Source: Coraliomargarita sp. (GTDB taxonomy: Bacteria; Verrucomicrobiota; Verrucomicrobiia; Opitutales; Coraliomargaritaceae). Taken from it: a stretch of DNA of 64,000 bases. The stretch is taken from NCBI GenBank assembly GCA_965216325.1, contig OZ244160.1, positions 1,888,001-1,952,000 of the forward strand, written 5' to 3'. The notes beneath the pieces were generated by a model that searched no databases, had not been told where the DNA came from, and saw only the letters and a program-made list of their open reading frames with translations. Shown here piece by piece: positions 42,558-52,497 of this stretch. Numbering within the stretch: position 1 is the first letter of the stretch; each line of letters opens with the position of its first letter. Both the position numbers and the translations under genes were made by a program.

Positions 42558-42600
42558 TACTTTGCTACTTTCACACCTTTAACCTTCCCACTTTCCCACC
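42558..42600 (-). repeat. Right arm: the same 8-mers in inverted orientation
   Basis: Reverse complement reads GTGGGAAA GTGGGAAG GTTAAAG GTGTGAAA GTAGCAAA. Confidence 0.7.
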
Positions 42601-42615
42601 AAGGCAACGCCTTCC

Positions 42616-44265
42616 ATGAAGCCCTTTAATTATCTTTCCAATGCGGTGCGTGCGCCGGAGATCGTCGCTATTCTGGTGCGTTGGGGCTTTGAGGATTTAT
42701 TGTTGCAGTTGGATACACCGCAGTTCTTGCTGAAGAATTTGGTGCGTCGACGAGTGACGGACCTGACGCCTTATGAGCGGGTGCGCAATGCGGTCGAAGA
42801 GCTGGGGCCGATCTTTGTAAAGTTTGGTCAGATTCTTAGCACCCGCCCCGACCGTCTTCCGGAGCCTTTGGTGATGGAGCTCAAGAAGTTGCGCAGTCAG
42901 GTGGAGCCACAGGAGTATGCGGTGATTGAGCCTGTGCTCTTGAGGGAGCTTGGTGGGCCGATTGAGGATGTCTTCGAGTCATTCGGGAAGACCCCGTTTG
43001 CGGCGGGTTCGCTCGGGCAGGTTTATAAGGCGACGCTGCGGTCCTCGGGGGATGTTGTCGCGGTAAAAGTGCAGCGTGCCGAGATACATAAGACGGTCTC
43101 TGCTGATATGGAGATCATCGGTTGGTTTGCGCGGCAGTTGCATACCCGAGTGGAGGAACTGCGCCCGTATAACCTGCCTGCCTTGGTGAGTGAGGCAGAG
43201 AAGCGTTTACAGGAGGAGTTGGACTTTCGCAATGAGGCCGATAATGCCGAAATCTTTCGTGCGCTGAACCCTGACCAAGCGCGTGTATTTGCGCCCAAGG
43301 TTCATGCTGCCTACACGACGCGACGTCTGTTGGTGACTGAATGGATCGATGGGCGCTCTCCGGAGGATGCCGAGATTACCACTGAAGAAGGGCAGGAGCT
43401 GGCACTTTTGGGCGGTAAGTCGGTGTTTGATCAGATCGTCGGCTCGGGCTTTTTCCATTCCGATCCGCACACGGGCAATATGCTGATTACGCCCGACAAG
43501 CGCATTTGCTTATTGGACTGGGGACAGGCGGGACAGATTACTCAGGAGATGCGTTACCTGCTGGTGGACTTCTTTGCGGCGATTACTTCGCGTAGTCCTG
43601 AGAAAGTGATCCGTGTTGCCGAGCGAATGAGCGTGAGCAATCGTCGTATCGACCGACGCCGACTGGAGAAAGAAGTCGCATACTTACTGAACAAGTATCG
43701 TGAGTATGGGCCCGCAGGAACCAAGATGGGGACCGTTGGCTTGGAGATGTTGTTTGTGTTTGGGACGAATGGGATTTCGGTGCCGCCGGACTATGCCTTG
43801 CTTTCGAAGGCGGTGCTTTGTGTCGAAGAGGCTGCGCGCACCCTGGATCCACAATTTGATATTCAGAGCATGGCGCGACCCTATCTGGAGACCCTGAGTA
43901 AAGAGCGCTGGAGCCCGTCGAATGTGGCGCGTCAATCCTTGTATCCGGTGCTGTCCGTGCTCCACAATTTGCAACAAATTCCCGAGCAGTTGCAGCGCAT
44001 CTTGGAGCGTGTCGAGGATGAGGATATCCGGCTCAATATGCATCACGCCGGCACGGAGAACTTGGAGGAAACCTTCAACGCGTCGATGAATCGACTCACT
44101 GTTGGGATCATCATCGGCTCGCTGGTGATCGGCTCGTCTTTGATTATTACAACCGGTGTGACGCCTTTGTTATGGGGCTACCCGGCGATTGGTATTCTTG
44201 GTTTCCTGGTCTCCGGGATGCTCGGCATGTATATCGTGATCTCGACCTTGCGGAAGCACCGTTGA
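42616..44265 (+). CDS. AarF/ABC1/UbiB family atypical kinase
   Basis: LGPIFVKFGQILSTRPD, AAGSLGQV, VAVKVQR, HSDPHTGN and LLDWG motifs; two C-terminal TM segments. Confidence 0.9.
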   Translation: MKPFNYLSNAVRAPEIVAILVRWGFEDLLLQLDTPQFLLKNLVRRRVTDLTPYERVRNAVEELGPIFVKFGQILSTRPDRLPEPLVMELKKLRSQVEPQEYAVIEPVLLRELGGPIEDVFESFGKTPFAAGSLGQVYKATLRSSGDVVAVKVQRAEIHKTVSADMEIIGWFARQLHTRVEELRPYNLPALVSEAEKRLQEELDFRNEADNAEIFRALNPDQARVFAPKVHAAYTTRRLLVTEWIDGRSPEDAEITTEEGQELALLGGKSVFDQIVGSGFFHSDPHTGNMLITPDKRICLLDWGQAGQITQEMRYLLVDFFAAITSRSPEKVIRVAERMSVSNRRIDRRRLEKEVAYLLNKYREYGPAGTKMGTVGLEMLFVFGTNGISVPPDYALLSKAVLCVEEAARTLDPQFDIQSMARPYLETLSKERWSPSNVARQSLYPVLSVLHNLQQIPEQLQRILERVEDEDIRLNMHHAGTENLEETFNASMNRLTVGIIIGSLVIGSSLIITTGVTPLLWGYPAIGILGFLVSGMLGMYIVISTLRKHR

Positions 44266-44317
44266 AGTTGTCGGTTGAGCGTTGTTTGTTGTTGGATGCG
44301 GCGTGTTCCACGAGCAA

Positions 44318-45511
44318 CTAGCAACGCTTCACGAACAACCCTAGACTCGCGGCGTAGCCGTGTAGCCGTGTTCTCCCGTCGACTTGGCCGAACTCGCCGT
44401 TACAAAAAACGCCTGCTATCGGGAGTTGCGGGAGTGCTGTCTGAATAATTTCAACATCGTGATTCGGAACGCCATAGAGCGAGGTGCCACGACCGATGCA
44501 ATCGCACAGGCAGGCGCCGAGTATCTCGCATTTGCCGATACGCTTACGCAGTTTCTGTAGCTGTTTAGCGAAGTCGGCTTCAGCGATTTGCGGATCACGA
44601 ATTTGAAATTGCAGATTCTGGCCGACGCGTAGTGGGGTTGCGATCGCCACAGCGCCGGTTTTGGGATCGATTGCGGCAAGATTACGAACCAGGAAGTCTC
44701 CCGTCCGAAATTTTGCTTTGTATTCATCCATGACAAGGCCAATGAAGACGTTACCATGGGCTTGCTGTTGCTCCCGTTGCGTCATTCCTTCAAGCGTGTC
44801 TCGCAGCACTTCTAGGATGGGGCGATTGCCGATCTCGTGTATGATGTTACGGTCGGCTTGGGTGATGACCCAAGGGTGCCCGATTGGGCGGCAGCCGTTG
44901 GAAATGATCGGCTCAAGTTCGACTTCACCTTCAAAGCCAAGCGCGACCGCACCATCCTTTGTGCTTTGGCCATTGTAGAACAGTGTGGTTTCGGGGGAGT
45001 CGACAGCCGCGCTCGCGAAACCGCCGAGGGTCACGCGCCCGCCGGTCGCGATATCCCAGTCCTTGAGCCAGTCTTCATGACCAATGCTCTCTGGAGAGGC
45101 GAATAGCAGCCATGAGTTCGCTGCATCACTCGTAGGACCAAGCGCCTTACGGATAGAGTCGCTACCATGATCCGCTTGAAAGCAACTGGAGGGAAGATGC
45201 CGTGCGTGAACCGTCGTTTCGGGCAGATGATAGAGCGCGACGCTCAGCCCGGAGTCATTTTCAATTTCGTTCTGGTTGGCGATTAGGGCACTACCCGTGC
45301 AGCCGATCACGTTGGCGACTTGTCCGTCGATACGGACAATTTCCATGAGCGCTTGCATGGCGTCGACACATTCGACTGAGCAAAAGACCAACGCGAATGT
45401 CGCTGGGCCGCAGAGGCATTGCCTTTGCTCACGAGCCCATTGCTGGACCTCGTTTTCGTTGATTGGAGTAGAGAAGTGAGTGACGACGCAGTGCTTGCTA
45501 GGTTCTGGCAT
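44318..45511 (-). CDS. FIST domain sensory protein
   Basis: VIGCTG, GGFAS, SNGCRPIG, DFLVRNL, CIGRG and GVFCNGEFG motifs. Confidence 0.88.
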   Translation of the reverse strand: MPEPSKHCVVTHFSTPINENEVQQWAREQRQCLCGPATFALVFCSVECVDAMQALMEIVRIDGQVANVIGCTGSALIANQNEIENDSGLSVALYHLPETTVHARHLPSSCFQADHGSDSIRKALGPTSDAANSWLLFASPESIGHEDWLKDWDIATGGRVTLGGFASAAVDSPETTLFYNGQSTKDGAVALGFEGEVELEPIISNGCRPIGHPWVITQADRNIIHEIGNRPILEVLRDTLEGMTQREQQQAHGNVFIGLVMDEYKAKFRTGDFLVRNLAAIDPKTGAVAIATPLRVGQNLQFQIRDPQIAEADFAKQLQKLRKRIGKCEILGACLCDCIGRGTSLYGVPNHDVEIIQTALPQLPIAGVFCNGEFGQVDGRTRLHGYAASLGLFVKRC

Positions 45512-45587
45512 GTAGAAAAGGAAGTCGGATAAGTAGTTGATCCATTAATACACATCATCAGACTAAAAGTGAACGCTAAATTGAGAT

Positions 45588-46742
45588 ATGGATTCGGATT
45601 TAGGAGACAGCGCATTTGCACAAGACGGCTTGGATGCGCCACAGTGCTTAAAGGCTGCATTTATGCTCCTTGAGGAGGGGCATTGGGTTTGGGACTTTGA
45701 GCAGCACCTGTATCTGGACGCCAAATGTTGCCGTATGCTCGGCTTGGATGAGGGCTATCGGACTTGGAGTCTCGCGGACTTCCTCGTCTGTTTACATGAG
45801 CAGCATCATGAGTGGTTATTGGATGCATTCGATGCAGTGTTGGCTGACAACAAAGAACTGCATACCGAGCTGAACTTGGAAAATGGCCAGGGGAAGCTGG
45901 AGTTGCGTGGCGCACTGTGTGAACTTTCCGGGCGGCGTAAGGTGATTGCCGGGACGATGGTGCCGATCACAGCGGTTCCACAGCAGGAGCACGACCGACA
46001 GCAGGAACTCGAGGCGTCGCTTGAGCAGCTGCGCGAGTCCAATTCCGAGTTACAGAGTTTTGCGTCGGTGGCATCGCATGATTTACGTGAGCCCTTGCGA
46101 ATGATTAGTAGCTATTTGCGTCTGTTGCAGGAACGGTCACTTGAAGCACTCGATGCGCGTGCGCAGCGTTATATCAATTACGCCTGTGAGGGTGCTGATC
46201 GCATGCGGACAACGATTGAGGACCTGCTTTCATACGCGCGCCTCGGTAATCAGCAAGCGGAGCTGGAGCCATTCAGCCTCGACCAGATTTTTGAGGAGGT
46301 GGTCGAGAATCTGGGGGCCAGCATTCGCAGTCTAGATGCAAACGTGACGGTTGATATCGACCATTCGCCGGTGATCTTGGGAGAGCGGCCTCGCTTAGTG
46401 CGGCTCTTTCAGAATCTAGTCGCGAATGCGATGAAGTTCCACAAAGACGACTCTGAGCGCCGCGTCGCGATTCGTTTTGAATCGGGAGTGCGGCATAATC
46501 TGGCGAACTATTGGGTCGTTCAGATCGAGGACAATGGGATCGGCATCGACCCGGATCATGTCGACTTGCTGTTCAATGTCTTTCAGCGCCTGAACACACG
46601 CGACGAATTCGATGGCTCTGGCATTGGCTTGGCAGTGTGTAAAAAGATTGCAGAGCAGCACGATGGTCGGATTTGGCTGATTTCAGAGCCTGGGGTCGGC
46701 AGCATTTTCTATGTTGCTTTGAAAAAAGCAGACGATCTGTAA
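45588..46742 (+). CDS. PAS-domain sensor histidine kinase
   Basis: ASHDLREPLR H-box, NLVANAMKF, DNGIG and GSGIGL. Confidence 0.9.
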   Translation: MDSDLGDSAFAQDGLDAPQCLKAAFMLLEEGHWVWDFEQHLYLDAKCCRMLGLDEGYRTWSLADFLVCLHEQHHEWLLDAFDAVLADNKELHTELNLENGQGKLELRGALCELSGRRKVIAGTMVPITAVPQQEHDRQQELEASLEQLRESNSELQSFASVASHDLREPLRMISSYLRLLQERSLEALDARAQRYINYACEGADRMRTTIEDLLSYARLGNQQAELEPFSLDQIFEEVVENLGASIRSLDANVTVDIDHSPVILGERPRLVRLFQNLVANAMKFHKDDSERRVAIRFESGVRHNLANYWVVQIEDNGIGIDPDHVDLLFNVFQRLNTRDEFDGSGIGLAVCKKIAEQHDGRIWLISEPGVGSIFYVALKKADDL

Positions 46743-46885
46743 AGCGTAGGATACAAAGCTGAGCCTTCGGCAGTTCATGGATTCTCCGCCGAGAGGCGTC
46801 GATTTGACAACCGATGCGATGGCTCCTTGCTTTTCTAGATTGATTTGTGCGGCTGAATTGCGCTTTGTAAGTGTTTAACCCTGCC

Positions 46886-49165
46886 ATGCCTGACACGCCA
46901 AAAGAGTATCTAGATATCTTGTTGTTTGAGGACAATGCTGCCGATGCGGACCTCGTGGGCGAGTATCTTGAGCTGTCGAAATTGAACTGTGATTTAGTGC
47001 AGGTTAAACGACTGGCTGAGGGCCTGCAGCTACTGAAGAAAACTTCGTTTGATGTGGTCCTGTTGGATTTGTCTTTGCCGGATAGCCGTGGGATTGAGAC
47101 CTTGGAAAAGGTCGCCGAACTCATCGATGATGAGGTGATCATCGTGCTCACGGGTGCGGATGATGAACAGTTGTCGCTGGATACACTTAAGCGGGGTGCT
47201 CAGGACTATCTTTTTAAGGATAAGTTGAGTGGTGAAGTTTTAGGTCGGTCGATTCGTTATTCTTTGGAACGAACTGCAATGATTAACCGTATTGAGGCGC
47301 ATAATCGGGAGACGAAACACCGTGAAGCGTTGTTGCAGCGGGTCTTTGATGCGAATATTGATGCGATGCTCATCCTTACCGATGCCTGCGAGATCAAGTT
47401 TTTGAATCCTGCTGCGGGCAATTTGCTGGATGCGGATCCTGCGACCTTAGTGGGGGAAATTTTCCCGTTTAGTGTCGAGTCCGGGCAGCAAGCTGAGTTG
47501 GAAATCCCGGGACCAGAGGACACAAACCGTTTAGTGGAGCTGCATGCAGTGGATCTTGTCTGGAAAGGGGAGAGTTCAATGCTGGTAGTGCTGCGAGACA
47601 TTACCGAATACCGGGCTGCGCAGCAGGCACTGAAGTTAGAAAAAGTTCACCTAGATGTTATCTTCGACTCTATCGCAGACGCGGTGATCGTTAGTAACAG
47701 CAGCGGCTTAGTCGAACGTATCAACCCGGAGGCGGAGCGCATTATAGGGATGCGCAACGGTGAGGCATCTGGTAAGCCGCTCAATGAGGTTCTGCAGTTG
47801 AAGCATCCCGAAGGCGGCAAGCTGATTGAAGATCCATCCAAAGTGTTTTTGAGCGTCAAGTCCACTCGACCTGCGGATGAGTGGGACTGTCCGTTGCTCA
47901 GCCACGATGGGCGTGAAATCTTGGTCAATGTGCAGATGCGCCGAATTGAGGAGGCTGCGCCCCAGGGGCATGTCATTGTTTTCCGCGATATCACACAGCA
48001 TAAAGAACGGGAAGAAGGGCTTTATCGTGCTGAGAAGATGCAGTCGATCAGCCAGTTGGCTGGAGGAATTGCGCACGATTTTAATAACATGTTAACCGCG
48101 GTGTTGGGTAACATCTCTGTTGCCCGAATGGGGCTAGGAGAAGGCCATGCGGAAGCCGAGAAGCTTTTATCTGCCGAGAAAGCGGCCTTGCAGGCACGCA
48201 GTTTGACCCAGCAATTACTGACCTTTTCCAAGGGGGGTGAGCCAATCACGGAGGCGACTACGATTGATCGATTGGTTGAAGATTGTGCGCAGTTTCTCCT
48301 GCGTGGCTCTAAGGTGAAGTGTGAGCTTCACAAGGATGATCCCTTGCATGCAGTTGAGGTGGATCGAGGGCAAATCGCTCAAGTCGTGAACAACCTCATT
48401 ATCAACGCCAATCAGGCGATGCCGGAGGGGGGCGTATTGACTGTTTCTTTAAGAAATGTGCGGGTGGCAGCCAACGAACTTCCACCGCTGCATGCCGGAC
48501 GCTATGTTTGTATTTCAGTAAAAGATCAGGGCGTCGGGATCGATCCGCAGCATATTAGTCGTATATTTGATCCATACTTCACAACGAAGGAAGAGGGCAA
48601 CGGCTTAGGCTTGGCATCTTGTTTTAGTATTGTTCGCAATCATCAGGGGCTGATCACTGTCGACTCAACTCTGGGTGAGGGAGCCGAGTTCCGCGTTTAT
48701 CTTCCTGAGGCAGAAGCCGTCGCCGATTCGGAGCTAGTTGAGCCGGCTGAAGAGAAGGCCGAGGAATCTCGAGACCAGATACATCACGGCAGCGGCCGTA
48801 TTCTAGTCATGGATGATATGGAAGCGATGATGATGGTTGCCGGCGAGATTTTGGGTATGCTTGGTTATGACGTGACGCTTACCTCGGACGGAGAAGAAGC
48901 AATCGAAGTCTATAAGGAGGCCAAAGAGTCCGGGAATCCGTTTTTGGCCTGTGTGTTTGACCTGACGGTTCCAGGAGGAATGGGCGGCGAGGAGGCCTGT
49001 CAGATTCTCCGTGAGTATGATCCCAGCATGATCGTGATCGCATCGAGTGGTTACACGACATCAAACGCGATGTCGGACTTTAAGTCTGCTGGTTTCAATG
49101 CGGTGGTTCCCAAGCCGTATCGTATCAAGGAAATGAGCGCAGCGCTGCACGAGCTCTTGAGCTAA
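46886..49165 (+). CDS. Hybrid kinase REC-PAS-PAS-HisKA-HATPase-REC
   Basis: LLDLSLPD receiver, AHDFNNML, PYFTTK, GLGL and C-terminal receiver DLTVPGG...KPY. Confidence 0.9.
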   Translation: MPDTPKEYLDILLFEDNAADADLVGEYLELSKLNCDLVQVKRLAEGLQLLKKTSFDVVLLDLSLPDSRGIETLEKVAELIDDEVIIVLTGADDEQLSLDTLKRGAQDYLFKDKLSGEVLGRSIRYSLERTAMINRIEAHNRETKHREALLQRVFDANIDAMLILTDACEIKFLNPAAGNLLDADPATLVGEIFPFSVESGQQAELEIPGPEDTNRLVELHAVDLVWKGESSMLVVLRDITEYRAAQQALKLEKVHLDVIFDSIADAVIVSNSSGLVERINPEAERIIGMRNGEASGKPLNEVLQLKHPEGGKLIEDPSKVFLSVKSTRPADEWDCPLLSHDGREILVNVQMRRIEEAAPQGHVIVFRDITQHKEREEGLYRAEKMQSISQLAGGIAHDFNNMLTAVLGNISVARMGLGEGHAEAEKLLSAEKAALQARSLTQQLLTFSKGGEPITEATTIDRLVEDCAQFLLRGSKVKCELHKDDPLHAVEVDRGQIAQVVNNLIINANQAMPEGGVLTVSLRNVRVAANELPPLHAGRYVCISVKDQGVGIDPQHISRIFDPYFTTKEEGNGLGLASCFSIVRNHQGLITVDSTLGEGAEFRVYLPEAEAVADSELVEPAEEKAEESRDQIHHGSGRILVMDDMEAMMMVAGEILGMLGYDVTLTSDGEEAIEVYKEAKESGNPFLACVFDLTVPGGMGGEEACQILREYDPSMIVIASSGYTTSNAMSDFKSAGFNAVVPKPYRIKEMSAALHELLS

Positions 49166-49176
49166 CGGGGTGGGCT

Positions 49177-50145
49177 CTATTTCAACCAGTGCTTCCAGTC
49201 CTTCTGGTAGTCGTCGACGTTGCGCCAATCGATTATTTTTGCAGGAGCTGTTATTGTCGAGGCTTCGGGGTCGGACTCCTTGTATAGTTTGTTGACCATT
49301 AATTCGACTCCGGTTTTGCCCCAATCGTAATGAGGATGCACGACGAAGGCGTCGATGTATTCCTGTTTTAAATACAGTATTACCGATGGTGAGGTTTGCA
49401 CTGCTACACAGGGCAGTTCGCCAGGCTTCCAGGGGAGTGCTGATGTCCCACGTAAGGCCCAGTCATTGAGTAGAATCCAGCCTTTGATGAGGCGACTGCG
49501 GTCGGCTTCTTCGGTCTGGCGGATTGCTTCGTTGGCTGCCGCATAGTTGGGTTGGCTGCGCACGATCGTTTCAATACGCTTATAACCGAGCACTTCACGC
49601 ACGCCGGCGAGACGCTCCAGCTCTGCGGGAGAGGGGGGGGCGCTGATTAGAATGGCCACACGCCCACGTGTGGGGAGTTTGGGCAGAATGGCTTGGGCCG
49701 CCAGTTTCCCGACTTCGGCCTCATCGGCCACCATGCTGGCAAGTACGGGGAGTTCCTCGATGCTTTGCTCAAACAGAACCACTTCTTGGCCTTGTTCTAA
49801 GGCAAAGCTGATGGAGGAGCTGACATCATCGACATGTTTTGGGCTGATTAGAAAGCCGTCGGCTTCTTCGGTAAGCAGTTGCCCCAATGCGGTGAGTTGG
49901 TCTTCGCCCTCGGCTTGCTTGGGAGTGAGCACGACGACTTCGACATCGATGGAGTATTGCTCACTTAGAGCCTTGGCCGCATCTTCGGCGCCGGAGTGAG
50001 CGGCTTGATAGGTCGGGTCTTCCAGATCGTGGCCGACGATGCCGATTTTAAATTCTGCAAGCACCTCGCGGTTTTGTGCCACGAGTAGATTTCCAATGCA
50101 CAGCGCGATGAGCCCGAGTCTGAGGTGTTGCGAGAGTTTGATCAT
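49177..50145 (-). CDS. Periplasmic sugar-binding (RbsB-like) protein
   Basis: Signal peptide, ADGFLISP, E.GKLAA and Y.WG..GV type I binding-protein pattern; start chosen at ATG 50145. Confidence 0.7.
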   Translation of the reverse strand: MIKLSQHLRLGLIALCIGNLLVAQNREVLAEFKIGIVGHDLEDPTYQAAHSGAEDAAKALSEQYSIDVEVVVLTPKQAEGEDQLTALGQLLTEEADGFLISPKHVDDVSSSISFALEQGQEVVLFEQSIEELPVLASMVADEAEVGKLAAQAILPKLPTRGRVAILISAPPSPAELERLAGVREVLGYKRIETIVRSQPNYAAANEAIRQTEEADRSRLIKGWILLNDWALRGTSALPWKPGELPCVAVQTSPSVILYLKQEYIDAFVVHPHYDWGKTGVELMVNKLYKESDPEASTITAPAKIIDWRNVDDYQKDWKHWLK

Positions 50146-50206
50146 GAACTTGAGAATGTAGCCTGTTTCTCTGACCACTGGCAACAGCGCTTTGTTCAAT
50201 TGAAAA

Positions 50207-50293
50207 GGTTGGGGTCCCGGCTTTAGCCGGTTCTGTAGCACAGGCATCTTGCCTGTGTAAATTCAGGTCATGGTAGAACAGGCGGGACCCCAA
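50207..50293. repeat. REP-like cluster (inverted pair with a nested GTAG-type palindrome)
   Basis: GGTTGGGGTCCCGGCTTTAGCCGG, then GTAGCACAGGCATCTTGCCTGTG, then a partial inverted copy GGCGGGACCCCAA. Confidence 0.65.
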
Positions 50294-50297
50294 TGAA

Positions 50298-51377
50298 TTA
50301 CCAAGCCGTTTGCCAGCCAAGCGTGACGACGTAGTCGGTCTCAAGCTGGTAGCCGTTTAGATCCTGCCAGAGTGGCAGGCGGACATCGAGCGCTAGGCGG
50401 TGGCCTTTAACCATGCCAGAGTTCCCGAGTAGGTTGACGCCAAGGATCGCATCCACGCGCTCGCCGCCATAGTTGTCGCCGAATGCGGTGGTGACCGATT
50501 GGCGGCCACCCGGAGCCATGGTGCCGATGCCATCTTGCTCGCCATCCAGTTCATCGGACCACTCGTAGCTCAGGCCACCGTTGATCGCGATCCAGTCGGT
50601 GAGGTTATACGCAGCCCAGCCAACGACTTCGAAGGCATCGCCGAGTTGGTAGCCATTGTCGTTCTCACTTTCGAGGCGGATGGTCGCATTGGCTTGTGCA
50701 CCATAGGACCAGTCGTCGAAGAGCTCGACCCAGGTGATCGATGGAAGCAGGTCGAAGGTGCCGGAGCCGAGTTGCATCGGGGCAGGGAGCTGCTGGCGTT
50801 GGCGACCACTCATGGCGGGTGTTTCGTCTTGTTTATCGATGGAACCGGTTGGCACGCTGATGCCGAGTCCGACGTGTGCACGCTGGCGTTCCTTTTGATA
50901 GAACTGATACAGCCCAGTGAACTTCAGGTCGCCCCAGCCGCTGCTCTCGGTAGTGAAGCCGTCTTCGCCGTTGTTGATCATTGCTGCGACTGCTGGATTC
51001 ACAGCGTGGTCCATTTCAATGTCGAGATAGTTGGCCATGACCATGAAGGTGAAGCGATCGGTCGGTGCGAACATCAGACCGAACATATGCATGTCCATAG
51101 TCATCTCTTCGGGTGCGACGGCGTAGTTCGCATCGAAGATATCTTGAGTGGATTCGCTGCTGGTACCGTTGGCCATGCCATCCATCTCCATACGCATGAA
51201 GCGGTAGGAGAGCATCCAACCACCTTCATGGTGTGTGTGATCCCCCATGATGGAGATCGGCGCGTATGCATCCGGGCGTGGTCGGTCAGTGCCGGATGGG
51301 CAGCAGGATAAGACCGGTTCGGCCTGTGTTGCGGAGAGTCCCGCAATGAGTAGTGTTGTGGTGTAAAGTGATTTCAT
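50298..51377 (-). CDS. Outer-membrane beta-barrel transporter with His/Met-rich N-terminus (putative metal uptake)
   Basis: Signal peptide, CC, PDAYAPISIMGDHTHH, MTMDMHMFG, PTGS, MQLGSGT and C-terminal W. Confidence 0.7.
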   Translation of the reverse strand: MKSLYTTTLLIAGLSATQAEPVLSCCPSGTDRPRPDAYAPISIMGDHTHHEGGWMLSYRFMRMEMDGMANGTSSESTQDIFDANYAVAPEEMTMDMHMFGLMFAPTDRFTFMVMANYLDIEMDHAVNPAVAAMINNGEDGFTTESSGWGDLKFTGLYQFYQKERQRAHVGLGISVPTGSIDKQDETPAMSGRQRQQLPAPMQLGSGTFDLLPSITWVELFDDWSYGAQANATIRLESENDNGYQLGDAFEVVGWAAYNLTDWIAINGGLSYEWSDELDGEQDGIGTMAPGGRQSVTTAFGDNYGGERVDAILGVNLLGNSGMVKGHRLALDVRLPLWQDLNGYQLETDYVVTLGWQTAW

Positions 51378-51387
51378 TGTTGAAAAG

Positions 51388-51562
51388 GAGTTAGGAGACA
51401 GAAGCCAGGAGGTAGAATCGTATCTGACGCGACTTCTGATTTACTGATGCTCAAGCACCAAATTTTTAGGCATGACCTGACATGCCATGGCGAATGCGAA
51501 GCGAAACCTAGGGCCTGAAACAGATACTTCTGACTTCTGGCTACTGTATTCTGACTTCTGAA
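51388..51562. repeat. Inverted arms of tandem heptamers enclosing about 110 bp
   Basis: AGTTAGG AGACAGA AGCCAGG AGGTAGA ... CTTCTGA CTTCTGG CTACTGT ATTCTGA CTTCTGA. Confidence 0.6.
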
Positions 51563-51568
51563 AACGAC

Positions 51569-51973
51569 CTACACCAAGCGCGGTGGTGGCGTTGGCACGC
51601 CTGTCGCGACACTTTCGAATGAGTGGACCACTAACGGGTGCTTTGCCTGCGCCGTATACGGGTGGGGAACCTGAACCGGTTGTTCCAGCCCGAGCATGAG
51701 CTTCAAATCCTTGTCGGATGCTGAGGCATTCGCCGGCTGTTGCTCGCGTTCGGTCTCTTCCACTTCGATGATGAGCTTACACATCCCGCAAGGACGTTCA
51801 CCACTAAAGGTTTCCTCAACTGCTTGGCTGAATGAGTTTTCTTGCGAGTAGCTCGCTAGCATCCAGCCCCATGCGCCAATCTGTAGAACGGCCAGAGGGC
51901 CAGTCAGTAAGACCGCACAAAGGGGGAGTAGCAGTAGTTTCGTTAGCAGGCGATGTTGCATCGAGGAGGGCAC
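51569..51973 (-). CDS. Small membrane protein with CxxC and C-terminal PTPPPR (DUF2946-like)
   Basis: N-terminal TM, TFSGERPCGMCK and tail GVPTPPPRLV; the start may be ATG 51961. Confidence 0.65.
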   Translation of the reverse strand: MPSSMQHRLLTKLLLLPLCAVLLTGPLAVLQIGAWGWMLASYSQENSFSQAVEETFSGERPCGMCKLIIEVEETEREQQPANASASDKDLKLMLGLEQPVQVPHPYTAQAKHPLVVHSFESVATGVPTPPPRLV

Positions 51974-52003
51974 AGTGCAGGTGCAGATCTCCTTGCTGTC
52001 GAA

Positions 52004-52495
52004 TTAAATCGAGTGTTGGAGCTCCGTGAATTCGCTGTGGCGGAGTATGCGCTGGTTGGCGGAGCCGCGGAATTTCAGGCTTGGGTCGGCCTTGGCTTGG
52101 ATGAAGCGGCCATCAATCAACACATCCACATAGTCGAGGACTGCGCGCTGTGCGTCCGTGAGATTTTCAAAGGTGTAGCCCGTCCAGAGCCAGATGTCTT
52201 TGTCAGGGCACTCGCGTTTCACGCGCTGAACCAAGTTTAAGACCTCACTGCAGTTTGGATGGAAAAGTGGATCGCCACCACTCAGTGACAATCCGCGTCT
52301 CGGTATATTTGTGTCCTTTAGGTTGGCTATGATGTGGTCGGCTAAGGTATCGGTAAACAGGTGACCGGAGTCTGCACGCCAGGTGCTGGTGTTATAGCAA
52401 CCGGGGCAGTGATGCTCACAACCGGAAACGAAGAGCGTGCAACGGGTTCCAGGGCCATTGATGACGTCGATGTCGATGTAGCGATGATATCTCAT
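52004..52495 (-). CDS. nrdG: Anaerobic ribonucleotide reductase activase
   Basis: NGPGTR, CEHHCPGC radical SAM motif, LSGGDP and FRGSANQR. Confidence 0.95.
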   Translation of the reverse strand: MRYHRYIDIDVINGPGTRCTLFVSGCEHHCPGCYNTSTWRADSGHLFTDTLADHIIANLKDTNIPRRGLSLSGGDPLFHPNCSEVLNLVQRVKRECPDKDIWLWTGYTFENLTDAQRAVLDYVDVLIDGRFIQAKADPSLKFRGSANQRILRHSEFTELQHSI

Positions 52496-52497
52496 AC

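Noticed and set aside
50146..50247. N-terminal extensions given by the ORF track (also for urtA, urtD, ureG, def and cmk)
   Set aside because: They run through repeats or neighbouring genes; downstream ATGs fit signal peptides and family starts better.
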